64,000 nucleotides of DNA from an uncultured Acidobacteriota bacterium (GTDB lineage: Bacteria > Acidobacteriota > Terriglobia > UBA7540): contig CAWDSK010000008.1 of NCBI GenBank assembly GCA_963804995.1, positions 1 to 64,000 of the forward strand, given 5' to 3'. This document shows, one piece after another, positions 31,037-41,960 of the stretch. The first letter of the stretch is position 1, and each line of letters begins with the position of its first letter. The notes under the pieces are model-generated. The model was given only the letters and a program-made list of their open reading frames with translations, searched no databases and was not told where the DNA came from. The translations under genes were made by a program, and so were the position numbers.

Positions 31037-32355
31037 GTGCTCGTGCACACTCTCTCTGTAGATTGCGTTGAGTTCTCCCTGAAGTCTCGCCGGCGTTCGG
31101 GAATGTTTCTTTTCCTGGCGGTGCTGGTGACCCTCGGGGGGAGCGCAGAAGCCATCAAGATTGCAGTCGGTCACGGCGCTGGGAACATCGGCTGATGGTT
31201 CTGCACTTCAGAAGGCGCTTGCCCTGGATCCCGGCAACCCGCTTTTGCATAACCGGCTTTCCCAGCTTTATGGCGATTCACTGGAGCACGCGAATCTCAC
31301 CGAGGCCTTCGAGGAGGCACGCCGGGCCACAGCGCTCAATCGCCAACAAATCCGACTACTGGCTGACTTTCGCCTCCGCGTGTGAATCTGTCAGCAACAA
31401 CGCTTGCGCAGACCAGGCGCTTCAGCGGGCGCTGGAGCTTTCCCCCATGGTGCCGCAGGTATGGTGGGTTGCAGGCAACCACTATTTGCGCACGGACCGG
31501 CCGGAGGCGGCTTTGCCCTGCTTCCACCGCCTGCTTGAACTGAGCCCTGACCTCGCGGCGCCAACCTTTGCGCTTACCTTGCGTGCTTACGGCGACCCGA
31601 AAATGATTCTCGAAAAGGTCGTAGGCGATGAAAAAGATCCCCAACTGGGGCTGGCCTTTGCGGACTTCATGAGCGCGCATAACCAGTTCGACGCGGCGCA
31701 TCAAGCCTGGGCGCAGATTGCCACGGGAGGCCGTGGTTACCCTTTGCTGGCCGTGCAGCCCTACCTCGATCGTTTATTGGGTCACGGGCGGTACCAGGAA
31801 GCTCAAGCCATTTGGTTGAATCTCGAGGCGAGGGGAGTCATCGCCAAACCTGCGGATAGCGAGCCTGGCAATTTGGTGTTCAACGGTGGCTTTGAACAAC
31901 CGCCCTTAGGCGCGGGATTCGATTGGCGCTCCGAGGCGTCGTCCTACGTTTCCGTTGATTTCGCCGACGCGTCACCCTATGCAGGGGCGCATTGCCTTCG
32001 CGTCGATTTCCCGGTCGGCCAGAATGATGAATTCGAGCCGGTTTACCAAATACTTCCTGTGGTCCCTAACCAGACCTACACGCTCACCGCTTATGTCCGC
32101 AGCAGGGAAATCACCTCTGACAGCGGGCCGCGCTTGCGCGTGACCGATCCGGACTGCCCGAGCTGCCTGGATGCCTCGACCGATACAACGGTGGGCAGCA
32201 CTCCCTGGCACAGGCTCACGCTGAGGTTCTCTGCCGGCCCACAAACGCAGGCCGTGCGGATTTCCGTTTGGCGGCCACGCAGCCGAGTCTTCCCCATGGA
32301 AATCTCGGGAAGCTTTTGGCTTGATGCCGTTTCCGTCCGCGCGGAACAGCATTAA
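31037..32355 (+). CDS. TPR plus carbohydrate-binding-like domain protein (frameshifted)
   Basis: TPR-like helices (ALALDPGNP, ALELSP) and an NLVFNGGFE...YTLTAYVR...WLDAVSV CBM-like domain. Confidence 0.7.
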
Positions 32356-32373
32356 CGCGCTCGCTCTGAAATC

Positions 32374-33822
32374 ATGGCGTCGCAACTCACAATTGAAACG
32401 ACCATCTTCGCTCCCCGCTCAGGCAACCTGGGAAAGGCTCGCGCCGCGGCGCCATTATTTGCCCTCATGCGCACTTCCCTGGTTGCCACTTTGCTGGCGG
32501 CGCCGTTGGCATTTGGCGCTGTCCAAGCGTGGGCCTGGGGTGCGATGGCGGTGGTGGCATTTCTCTTGTTTCTTTTCTGGTCGATTGCCGGCGTGCGGCA
32601 AGGTGCTCTTCGAATTCTCTGGTCGCCGCTCTACCTGCCCGCCGGGGCCTTTTTCCTCTTGGGGATGATCCAATTCGCCGGGCGCCTCACGATGGATCCC
32701 ATCGCCACGCGGGAATCGCTGCTTAAGCTTTCGACCGACCTCATTCTCTTCTTCCTGGCGGGACAGCTTTTTAGCGCGCTGGCTTCCGCACGTGTTCTCC
32801 TCAACGGAAGTGGGAAAGGGGCCGAGACGCCGCGATGGGCGAGGGAGCAGGGCGACATTTTGTCCGCTTCTCCCCTGCGTTGGACGATCGTCGTGTATGC
32901 ATTTCTGCTGGCGCTTTTTGCCATCTTCCAGTTCTTCTCGAGCCAGGGGCTGATTTACTGGTTAGTGAAAAGCCCCGGTTGGACCTTTGGCCCCTACGTC
33001 AACCACAACCATTACGCCGGGCTGATGGAGATGTTGATTCCACTCTCGGTGGCGAGCGCTTTGCCGGCGCTGCGCAAACACCCGTCGGCGGCGGTGCTGG
33101 GCTGTGTCATCCTGATTCCGATCGCGTCGTTGCTGCTCTCCGGTTCTCGCGGAGGCTTCATCTCCCTGCTCGTGGAAGTCCTTCTGGCCGCGGTGCTGGT
33201 TGTCTGGTGCGGACCACGCCACGCGCGCAAAGTCACGGCTCTGGTGGGAGGGGCCGCGATCCTTGCCGCCGCGCTTCTCTTCTTTTGGATGGCGCCGCGC
33301 CAAGTCACCGAGCGCCTGGCGAGGATGGGGGACGGCACACATCCACCGGAAGTGGAATTGCGCAATCGGTTGGTAGCGGCCCGAGACTCTCTGGGGATTC
33401 TCCGCGATCATCCCTGGCTGGGCGCGGGACTGGGCAGTTTTGAGACGGCCTTCCCCCGCTATCAGAGTTTCCCCAGCGACTTCCGTTGGGACCACGCCCA
33501 CAACGACTACGCGGAAGCTCTCGCGGAAACTGGCCTGGCGGGCGGAGCGCTTATCCTGTGCGCACTCGGATTGTTCTTCTGGCTGGCCTTCCGGAATCTG
33601 CGCGAGCGGCTTCGTCACCCCGCCGGATGGATGCAGTTTGCTGCCGCCGTGGGCTGTTGCGGAATCCTGGTCCATAGCTTCGCGGACTTCAACCTTCACA
33701 TTCCTGCCAACGCCGCATGGTTCGCCGTGTGCGCGGCGCTGGCGACTTGCGGTCGTAGCGGCGAGTTCACCTCGCCACATGGGGGCGTAGCGGCGAGTTC
33801 ACCTCGCCACATGGCGGCGTAG
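32374..33822 (+). CDS. O-antigen ligase family membrane protein
   Basis: GPYVNHNHYAG, SGSRGG, HPWLGAGLGSF, HAHNDY, VHSFADFNL. Confidence 0.9.
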   Translation: MASQLTIETTIFAPRSGNLGKARAAAPLFALMRTSLVATLLAAPLAFGAVQAWAWGAMAVVAFLLFLFWSIAGVRQGALRILWSPLYLPAGAFFLLGMIQFAGRLTMDPIATRESLLKLSTDLILFFLAGQLFSALASARVLLNGSGKGAETPRWAREQGDILSASPLRWTIVVYAFLLALFAIFQFFSSQGLIYWLVKSPGWTFGPYVNHNHYAGLMEMLIPLSVASALPALRKHPSAAVLGCVILIPIASLLLSGSRGGFISLLVEVLLAAVLVVWCGPRHARKVTALVGGAAILAAALLFFWMAPRQVTERLARMGDGTHPPEVELRNRLVAARDSLGILRDHPWLGAGLGSFETAFPRYQSFPSDFRWDHAHNDYAEALAETGLAGGALILCALGLFFWLAFRNLRERLRHPAGWMQFAAAVGCCGILVHSFADFNLHIPANAAWFAVCAALATCGRSGEFTSPHGGVAASSPRHMAA

Positions 33823-33850
33823 CGCAGACCTCCGCCTTTTGAGGTCTGCG
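33754..33850. repeat. Three tandem GTAG-type REPs overlapping the ligase 3' end
   Basis: 32-bp unit CGTAGCGGCGAGTTCACCTCGCCACATGG(G/C)GG twice, then CGTAGCGCAGACCTC...GAGGTCTGCG. Confidence 0.8.
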
Positions 33851-34065
33851 GCTCTTCATTCGCCTGACGAAGATTCCCCTCAAGCGGCAAGCTCAACTCT
33901 TGACGAAATCTCATATGGCAAAACGCCTGAAGTTGGGAAAGTAAGTGGGACCTCGCTCGCTATGCCCCGCGGAGAGCAACAAGTGGGACAAGTCGGGATT
34001 GTTAACCCACGTGTTTGTCCCAGTTCGTACTGTGTGGTCTTTTTGCCCTCTGTGGTGAGTTAGTC

Positions 34066-34596
34066 ATGTCCGTCTCCGCCACCTTAATCTCGACCCCTGA
34101 ACCCGCCGCGCGGTCTGACGTCGGCCGTCGTTACGCCGCCGCGGCAGTCGAGACCGGCATTGGCGGAATCGTGAGTCGCGTGCTGCAAGGCTTTGCCCCG
34201 ATCATTCTTGCCCGCTACCTGGGCCCCAGGGAGTACGGGGTTTATGCTCTCGTACTTTCTCTGGTGAATATTGTGGTGGGAGTCTCACCGCTTGGCCAGA
34301 ATATGGCGCTCGAAAAGTTCCTGCCACAGTACTCGGTTAAGGACCCGGCGCGGGGCGGAGCCATTCTGGCGAACACGGTCATTCTGGTGTCAGGGGCGCT
34401 GGCCGTGCTGTGCGCCACTTTCTTCTTCGCCGCAAATTGGATCGCACCCGCCATTTACCACGATGCCTCGCTCACGGCTGTCTTCCAGTTCTCCGCGCTT
34501 CTGGTCTTGTCTCTAAGCCTGTTCAATCTGGCCTCGAGCGCCACCGCCGCTTGGTTTGGGGTTTTACTTGGACTGTCTGGGAGTGCGAATAGATGA
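34066..34596 (+). pseudogene. Truncated paralog of the Wzx flippase N-terminus
   Basis: 34117-34549 aligns closely with 35298-35730; ends with an ATGA overlap into the next gene. Confidence 0.8.
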
Positions 34597-35237
34597 GAAC
34601 CTTCAGACACTGGACGGCGCGGTACGTATACAACAGGTCACGGAATTTCTTTTCGAATCGGCTTCACCACGATTGGCCATGGGTTACACCTGCGGCCGTT
34701 AGGTTCCTAGATCTGTGGTTAAAACCGACGGATGATGTTTTTGAATGGGGAGCAGGGCGAAGCACACTCTGGATCGCGCGGCGAGTTCAATCGATTTCAA
34801 GCGTTGAGAGCGACACGAAATGGTTTGCCAAGTTGCGGTCAATTGTGGAGCGGGAAGGCTTACGCAACGTTGATCTGAAATTCTTTTCTCCTGGCGCAAA
34901 CCTGGATGAGGTGAGGGCGTATACGTCCTTTATTGCGGAACTCGGTGGCCCGTTTGACCTGATTATCGTTGACGGCTTCCTCTATCGCGACCATTGCGCG
35001 CTTACGGCAATTGAGTACTTGAGACCGGGAGGCCTGCTCCTAATAGACAACATCAACTGGTACTTGCCGTCCGGTTCAGTATCGCCAGCGTCTCGACGGC
35101 AGGAAGATGGGCCAGCGTCGCCACTGTGGAAAGACTTCAGTGATACCGTGAAAACTTGGCGACAAATATGGACGAGTAACGGAGTCACTGACACAGCGAT
35201 ATGGGTCAAGCCCTTCGATACTGGGGGGCTCTCGTAA
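34593..35237 (+). CDS. Class I SAM-dependent methyltransferase
   Basis: VFEWGAGRST, SVESD, FDLIIVDG, LRPGGLLLIDN. Confidence 0.85.
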   Translation: MRTFRHWTARYVYNRSRNFFSNRLHHDWPWVTPAAVRFLDLWLKPTDDVFEWGAGRSTLWIARRVQSISSVESDTKWFAKLRSIVEREGLRNVDLKFFSPGANLDEVRAYTSFIAELGGPFDLIIVDGFLYRDHCALTAIEYLRPGGLLLIDNINWYLPSGSVSPASRRQEDGPASPLWKDFSDTVKTWRQIWTSNGVTDTAIWVKPFDTGGLS

Positions 35238-35255
35238 TCCGGGAAACCGAACCCA

Positions 35256-36845
35256 ATGGCAGATGTCTGCACACTGACTAAAACTGACCGGCAAAGCGAC
35301 ATCGGCCGCCGCTACGTCGAAGCGGCCGTCGAGACCGGTATGGGCGGTATCGTTAGCCGCGTGCTGCAAGGCTTTGCCCCGATCATTCTGGCCCGCTACC
35401 TGGGCCCCAGGGAATACGGGATTTATGTTCTCGTACTCTCTTTGGTGGGAATCGTTGCGATGGCCTCACCTCTGGGTCAGGACGCGGCGCTCGAAAAGTT
35501 CTTGCCTGAATACTCCGTTAAGAATCCCGCGCGTGGCGGCGCCATACTGGCGAATACGGTCATCCTGTTTTCAGGGGCGCTGGTAATTCTGTGCTCTGCA
35601 TTCTTCTTCGCCGCAAATTGGCTTGCCACCGCCCTATACCATGACGCGTCGCTCGCGCGAGTCTTTCAGTTCTCGGCGCTTCTGGTCTTGTCTCTAAGCC
35701 TGTTCAATCTGGCCGCAAGCGCCACCGCCGGTCTTCAGGATTTTACGAATTACAGCCGGGCGATGATGGTGCGTGGTGGAGCGCTCACGCTCTTCGGTTG
35801 GTTGGGCGTTGTGCTCCTTGGATTGTACGGGGCCTTGATCGGTCAGTTGGCCGCCAGTCTTTTGGGGCTCAGCCTCCTAACCATCACCGCGGTCAAACTC
35901 AGCCGGCGCCGCTATCCCGGCCTGGTGCGGCCGCACTTCTCAACAGACCTTTTGCAGGAGACCTTCGGCCTGGCATTTCCAGCCTTCCTGACCGGGCTTC
36001 TGGTTTCGCCCGCCTACTGGTGGGCCAACACCCTGCTGGCGCGACGTTCCGGCTTTGCCGACGTGGCAATCTTCGGTGTGGCATTTTCGCTGACCCAAAT
36101 GATCATGCTGGTCCCTTCCAACCTTTCCATCCCCGCCGTCAGCTTCCTGTCGGAGGCACACTCCTCGGGTAATCTCCGGCGCTTTGGTGGGCTGGTCAGC
36201 GATAACTTCCGCTTGATGTGGGCCATCACGTTGCCCATCGCCGCAGGCTGCGCCGTCCTCTCCACCCCGGTGATCCACTTGTTGTTCGGGGCGCAATATG
36301 AACGGGCCGGCGACCTGGTGCTGGCGATGAGCTTTGCCGGCGTCTTGATGATCCTGAACAGCGTGGTGATCAACGCCACGTTTGGGTGCGGCTACCTCTG
36401 GCATGGATTTCTGCTCAGCCTGGGCTGGCTTACTCTCTTCCTCGGGATCGGCCACCTGCTGATTCCCGCGTGGGGCGCCCTGGGGCTGGCCTGCACATTC
36501 GTTCTTTCCTACGCGCCCCTGGCCACGGTTGGAGCGGTGTATGCCGCTAGAATTCTGGGCGCTCAGTTCAAGAAGATTGCGGTTCTTCTCACGATGACGG
36601 TGATGGCTTTCGGCGCCGCTTTCGCGCTTCACCGCTTGGTGCAGGGAACTCCCCTTTTCGCTTTGGGTTGCTTGACGACGTTGCTCCTGGTGGTGTCGGA
36701 GTGGATTTGGGTTTGCGACGAGCGGGAGCGGGCTGAATTGAGTAATCATTTTTTGGCATTCCTGCGCCGGCCGCTTTTGAGCCGCAGGGACGCACCTCGC
36801 GGGTGCGCACAAATGGCCGCGACGACGGCCGGGAACGGGCGGTAG
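35256..36845 (+). CDS. wzx: Oligosaccharide flippase
   Basis: ILARYLGPREYG; many TM helices; LIPAWGALGLA. Confidence 0.88.
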   Translation: MADVCTLTKTDRQSDIGRRYVEAAVETGMGGIVSRVLQGFAPIILARYLGPREYGIYVLVLSLVGIVAMASPLGQDAALEKFLPEYSVKNPARGGAILANTVILFSGALVILCSAFFFAANWLATALYHDASLARVFQFSALLVLSLSLFNLAASATAGLQDFTNYSRAMMVRGGALTLFGWLGVVLLGLYGALIGQLAASLLGLSLLTITAVKLSRRRYPGLVRPHFSTDLLQETFGLAFPAFLTGLLVSPAYWWANTLLARRSGFADVAIFGVAFSLTQMIMLVPSNLSIPAVSFLSEAHSSGNLRRFGGLVSDNFRLMWAITLPIAAGCAVLSTPVIHLLFGAQYERAGDLVLAMSFAGVLMILNSVVINATFGCGYLWHGFLLSLGWLTLFLGIGHLLIPAWGALGLACTFVLSYAPLATVGAVYAARILGAQFKKIAVLLTMTVMAFGAAFALHRLVQGTPLFALGCLTTLLLVVSEWIWVCDERERAELSNHFLAFLRRPLLSRRDAPRGCAQMAATTAGNGR

Positions 36846-36875
36846 CAGGTAGGCCAAATCAGGTCGGAGGATTCA

Positions 36876-38282
36876 TTGGTTTCTTCTTGTCTCTGTTGTC
36901 TCTTATGCCTGGCCATGATTCTGGGGCGCCGAGGCATCTGGACCAGTTATATCTCCCCCTTCGTAGTGTTTCCGACTCTCTACTTGCTGAGCCTTGGTCT
37001 TCCGTCTTTATTCTATGCGTTTGGGTTTGGGGGCGATGACAAGCTTCTCAAGCCTGACTACATCCCCGCGGTAAACCAATACGCCTCGTGGCTTCTCGTC
37101 ACCTTCTACGTGGGTTATATCCTGGCCGAATATGCAATTCGGGCGGGCGCGAAAGAGAAAAACCTCAGTAAAGGGCTTGAGCAACCAGCGCGCCCGGAAT
37201 CATGCCAGGAAGGGAAGTCTGCTCTGCCGCCTTTTGTCGGGGAGACGAGCTGTAATTTAGTGTTTCTGTTGTCCGTGGGTGCCCTTGTCATTGGAATCCT
37301 CAGTACGGGTTGGGAAGAAACCTGGGAAGGGTCCATGGTTCGAGGAACAGGCCAGTGGGAAGCGCACCATTTTCATGATTACTTGCTCCTGCTTGTCCAG
37401 GCTTGCCTCATTAATTCGACCATCACCGCCGGGGTGATCCGCGCCTGGTTCCCGGCACGGAGACTTTGGGTGGCGCCCCTGGCGTGGTGCCTGTTCCTGG
37501 CTCCGGGTGGAAGTCGCGGCTCAGTCATCCCGTTTGCCCTTTTCCTGACAACCTCAGTGGTGGCGGGGAGGAAAACTTCCGTAATGAAAATGGGCGGGAT
37601 AGCGCTGCTAACCCTTCTCTCCGTAATGTACATCGGGCTGGTCCGGCCTCGGTTTGTTGGCCTTGCGGACTTTGTCGGGAGCTTGGGAAGTGGCGGTGAG
37701 GCTCTGGCGACTGTGTCTGATCCCCTTGATGCCGTCACCTCGCTGGGTACCACCACCGCTACCTTCTGGGTGGCTAGGGATATTGTCCAGCGGGATGTCG
37801 TGGCTCAGCTTTGGCGAATCCTCAGCCCGGTCCCATCTTTCATAATGGAGCAGGATATCGCAGCAACGAATCTTGTGGCCTATTTGGGGCATATCGGGGG
37901 CAATCAGGGGAATCCTTTCCCTGTCCTCGGGGAGATGTACGTATTCTTCGGCTGGACGGGGGTCTTGTTGGGCTTCATCGGCGGTTTCGTGATGGCAGTG
38001 CTCTTCGAAAAATCGAGGCGCTCTCGCCCAGATGCCTACCCGTTTGCCCTGCTCTGGCCATCTTTGTACAGTGCGTGTGTACTAGGCGGAATCATGAGCT
38101 TGCATTCGGGCCTCCGAACCACAACGAGGTTGCCGCTCTGGGCAATCATTTGGTTTTTCTGCTTCACTACAGCCGTAACAGTTTTGAGGGAGCCTTTGCT
38201 CAAGAGTGAAAGCCTTCCCTTATTTCACTTCATTCCGCGCCGCACGATAGGGAACGTTGTCCCCCGGCGCAAGCCCGCCTAG
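36876..38282 (+). CDS. Polytopic membrane protein, probable Wzy polymerase (start uncertain)
   Basis: ~10 TM segments, GGSRG, GEMYVFFGWTG; directly after wzx. Confidence 0.7.
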   Translation: MVSSCLCCLLCLAMILGRRGIWTSYISPFVVFPTLYLLSLGLPSLFYAFGFGGDDKLLKPDYIPAVNQYASWLLVTFYVGYILAEYAIRAGAKEKNLSKGLEQPARPESCQEGKSALPPFVGETSCNLVFLLSVGALVIGILSTGWEETWEGSMVRGTGQWEAHHFHDYLLLLVQACLINSTITAGVIRAWFPARRLWVAPLAWCLFLAPGGSRGSVIPFALFLTTSVVAGRKTSVMKMGGIALLTLLSVMYIGLVRPRFVGLADFVGSLGSGGEALATVSDPLDAVTSLGTTTATFWVARDIVQRDVVAQLWRILSPVPSFIMEQDIAATNLVAYLGHIGGNQGNPFPVLGEMYVFFGWTGVLLGFIGGFVMAVLFEKSRRSRPDAYPFALLWPSLYSACVLGGIMSLHSGLRTTTRLPLWAIIWFFCFTTAVTVLREPLLKSESLPLFHFIPRRTIGNVVPRRKPA

Positions 38283-38336
38283 CGGGCTCTCTAGCGACTC
38301 GAATAATTTCCGTCCACTACCAGCACGAATCAAACC

Positions 38337-39479
38337 GTGATTGACACGCGAAGGCAGATCGTCGTACTCACCAACCTTCCGGCCCCCTACCGCGTACCGG
38401 CATGGAACTGTCTATCTCACCTCACCCGGGGACGGCTGAAGGTATGGTTCATGAGCGCTTCCGAATCTCGAAGGAGTTGGGCAGTACCCGTCGAGGAGAT
38501 GACTTTTCCCTGGCAGCTTCTTGCCCAAGGATCAAACTCAAGCCGCCTCCTTCGCGAGACAAAGACCGCCGGCGGCATGCTGATGCAGCTCATACTCTCA
38601 CGCCCGCAGGCCATCATCTGCGGCGGTTATGACTCGCTGGCGGCGTGGGTCTGCCTCTTGTGGTCAAAGATCTTCCGCCGACGGTTCGTCCTTTGGCTAG
38701 AAAGCACCGCCCGCGACCAGCGCAAACCGGACAGGGTCAAGACCTGGCTCAAGAGGCTATTTGTAAGAAAGGCGGATGGAATTGCGGCGGCGGGGAAGGC
38801 CACCGTCGAATACGTCAAGGGGCTCGGCGCAAGTCAGGAGCAAATTTTTTTGGCCCCGATGAGCACGGACAATGAATTCTTCGCTTGCGAAGCCGGAAAA
38901 TGTTACCGGGAAGAAGAAAAGCTAAGATTGGGATATCCACACTGCTTGATCCTTTATTCCGGCCGTCTCGATCAGAAGAAAGGTGTTTTCACGCTGCTTC
39001 AGGCGTACGCCACAATCTCGAAAGAATTGCCAGGTGTGGGTCTGCTTATCGTCGGGGACGGCCCGGAGCGGAAAAGCATGGAGGACATTTGCTCTGCCGC
39101 CAAGCTCCGGCAAGTCTATTTCCTCGGCTCTCGGCAATACCACCAAATGCCGTCCGCTTACGCATTGGCGGATGTCCTGGTCCTTCCCACCTTTAGCGAT
39201 ACCTGGGGAATGGTGATCAATGAGGCCTTTGCCTGTGGCGTTCCGGTCGTGGTGTCGAATGTTGCCGGGGCCTGCGATGACCTGATCATCGATGGGGAAA
39301 CAGGTTTCGCGGTCAATTCCGGCGACCCGGTCGAACTAGCCGATAGAATCCTGCAAATCTTGCGGGACCCTGCCCTGCGTTTGCGCATGAGCGCCAATTG
39401 CCGTGCCCTCATTCAGAAGTACTCCCCCGAAGCGTGCGCGCAAGGCTTGCTGGAAGCGGCGCAAGGAGTGCGCGTTTGA
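38337..39479 (+). CDS. Glycosyltransferase family 4
   Basis: YSGRLDQKKG, VGDGPE, DTWGMVINEAFACGVPVV. Confidence 0.9.
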   Translation: MIDTRRQIVVLTNLPAPYRVPAWNCLSHLTRGRLKVWFMSASESRRSWAVPVEEMTFPWQLLAQGSNSSRLLRETKTAGGMLMQLILSRPQAIICGGYDSLAAWVCLLWSKIFRRRFVLWLESTARDQRKPDRVKTWLKRLFVRKADGIAAAGKATVEYVKGLGASQEQIFLAPMSTDNEFFACEAGKCYREEEKLRLGYPHCLILYSGRLDQKKGVFTLLQAYATISKELPGVGLLIVGDGPERKSMEDICSAAKLRQVYFLGSRQYHQMPSAYALADVLVLPTFSDTWGMVINEAFACGVPVVVSNVAGACDDLIIDGETGFAVNSGDPVELADRILQILRDPALRLRMSANCRALIQKYSPEACAQGLLEAAQGVRV

Positions 39480-41763
39480 AGTTCGTTATTGAAGCCGCGG
39501 GCTTGACGGTGGCGGGTGGCAGGGAACTCGCGCTCGACCTGATGTCGAGGCTTGCCAGCCACACGGAGCACCAATTCACCTTCATCGTGCCGGATCTGGA
39601 TGCCTACAAGGCCATTTCCGGCAGCAATATCCACGTGATCGTTTGCGCGAAAGGGTCTGGCCTCCTGCACCGGGCGCGCCTGCTGAATCACGATGTCCCC
39701 AGAATCTGCCGCAGAGAAGGAGCGGACGCCCTGCTCTGCTTGGGAAATTTTGTTCCCAAGAAGCGAGTGTGCCCGACCGCGGTGCTCCTGCAGAATGCCT
39801 GGATCGTCTACGATGATCCGGTGGCCGATTCGCGCCAGACTCTCCGGGAACATTTGATCACAGCCTACGGCCGGCACGCGTACCGGCACCTCGGCCGCGA
39901 AGTCACCATCATCACCCAAACCCAGGTCATGAAAGACCATCTGTGTGGGCGGTACGGCATTGATCCCGAGCGCGTGGCGATTATCCCCAATACGCTTTCG
40001 CTCGCGAAGCTGGAGGGAAACTGTGATCGTGCTCCTTCCAATGGTAACGAGGGCGCCAGGCCCTTTACGTTTCTCTGCCTCGCGCACTATTACGCGCACA
40101 AGAATATCGATATCCTGGTGGACGCGACCGCAAGATTGTCGAAGTTTACTGATAAGTCCGCCAAATGCGTTATCACCGTCGCTCCTCGGCAACACCCCGG
40201 CGCCCGGCGATTGCTGGAGCGATTGGAGTCACGGCGAGCTGGCCGGGAGGATTGAGAATATCGGTCCTGTGCCAAGCCGGATGCTGCCCCAGATCTATCA
40301 GAGCGCCGATGCCCTCGATTTTTCCCACGCTGCTCGAATCCTTTTCACGAACCTACTTGGAAGCCCTGTATTTCGGCTTGCCCATCCTCACCAGCGACCG
40401 GGACTTTGCCCGCCAACTTTGTCAGAATGCCGCGATCTACTTCGATCCACTGAACGCCGAGAGCGTCGCTGGGGCGATGGCCAGGGTGATGGAAGATGCT
40501 GACCTACGCCAGCGGCTCGTCGAGAATGGCCAGCGCATTCTGGCCAAGACTCCAACTTGGGACGAGATTGCCGCGCGCTTCGTCGAGGTGCTGGAACGCA
40601 CGGCCGGGGGAGAAGGCAGTAGGCAGTGGGCAGTAGGCAGTAGGCAGAAGGCAGAAGGCGGAAAGCAGAAGGCAGTAGGCAGTAGGCAGTGGGCAGATGG
40701 CAGAGGGCACAAGGCGATAGCCTCAAGCGCGTACCAAAGCTTTCATCTCGTTCCACCTGAAGGCGCACCTGCAAATGAGTGCGGACAAGTTTCCTCGGAT
40801 ATCGAGATGGGCGGGGAGGTGGCCCCGGTGCAACCCCCTCAGGGGTTGAACTTGGACGACTGCCTTGTGCCTTCCGCCGACTGCCGACTGCCCACTGCCT
40901 ACTGCCCACTGCCTTCCGCCTCCTGCCTACCGCCTTCCGGCCACTGCCTACTGCCTTCCGACCACTGCCTACTGCCTTCCGACTCCGTTCGCGCACTCTT
41001 CAACCACAAGGCACGCGCCTGGCGGAGTAAGTACGGTCCGAGAGGGAAGCTGCACTCCCGCGTGGAACAATTCACCGTGCGGCTCGCCCGGTTGTGCCTT
41101 CCTCCCGCCCGCATCCTTGACCTGGGCTGCGGGACGGGTGAAATCGCTGCGGCGCTTGACCAAAGGGGTTACCAGGTCACGGCGTGCGACTTTGCGGAAG
41201 AAATGATTGCCGTGGCGCGCAGCCATTCCAGCTCGGTCGATTGGATGTGCCTCGAGCCTGATTGGAGAGAGCTTCCCTTCGACGACGGCAGCTTCGACGC
41301 CATCGTGGCCTCCAGCGTATTCGAATACCTCGATGACGTGCCGCGAGTGGCGGCGGAACTTTCCCGGGTGCTTCGACCTGGCGGCGTTCTGCTGGCGACC
41401 GTCCCCAATCCCTCGAATGTTATGCGTAAAGTTGAGGCGCGGCTTCAGTCACTGCCTTGGTTCCACCGCCTTTCGCCCGTGTTGCGCAAAGTTCCGCGGT
41501 TGGATTCCTATGCCGCCTATCTGCGCCTTTCCCGAAATCGATTCCATGCGCAAGGGTGGCGATCCGTCCTGAATGCCGCAAACTTCGCCCCCCTTGATGA
41601 AAGCGATTTCTCCCACGAAGCCTGGCAGTACCAATCCCGCGCGCCGCTGGTCCTTTTGACCGTAAAGAGGGTGGCGACGCGTCAATCAGGCGGCGGAAAA
41701 AGCCGTGAGGTCTGCCCTTCGGCGGAGCTCCAGGCGGTTTTGAGCATCGCGAAGGAATCATGA
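39476..41763 (+). CDS. GT4 glycosyltransferase (frameshifts near 40220-40320) reading through a repeat insert into a SAM methyltransferase
   Basis: [21 protein letters not shown]; then [18 protein letters not shown] and RVLRPGG in the same frame. Confidence 0.65.
40614..40984. repeat. Inverted arrays of GGCAGTA / TACTGCC heptamers
   Basis: (AGGCAGT)n-like run at 40614-40707 and (ACTGCCT)n-like run at 40857-40984. Confidence 0.9.
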
Positions 41764-41788
41764 TGACAACGGACGGGCTCTGGCATTC

Positions 41789-41937
41789 GGTGCGAAGTTT
41801 TGGAGTGCGGCAGCTCGCTGCCGCTTTCCTCCCCGCGAGCTCGCTCGCGGGAATTTCGACATGGCGTACGATCCACCGCCAGCAAGCTGGCTGGGGAAAA
41901 AGCGGCAGCGAGCTGCCGCACTCCAAAGCTTCGCACC
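41789..41937. repeat. TGGAGTGC-type REP doublet
   Basis: TTTGGAGTGCGGCAGCTCGCTGCCGCTTT (41799-41827) and its exact reverse complement (41899-41927); second copy at 56831-56971. Confidence 0.85.
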
Positions 41938-41960
41938 CTCGCAATACGCACGCTGCCGGT

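Noticed and set aside
41760..41960. N-terminal 67 aa of the heparinase-family ORF
   Set aside because: It is translated REP doublet; TTG 41961 is the more plausible start.
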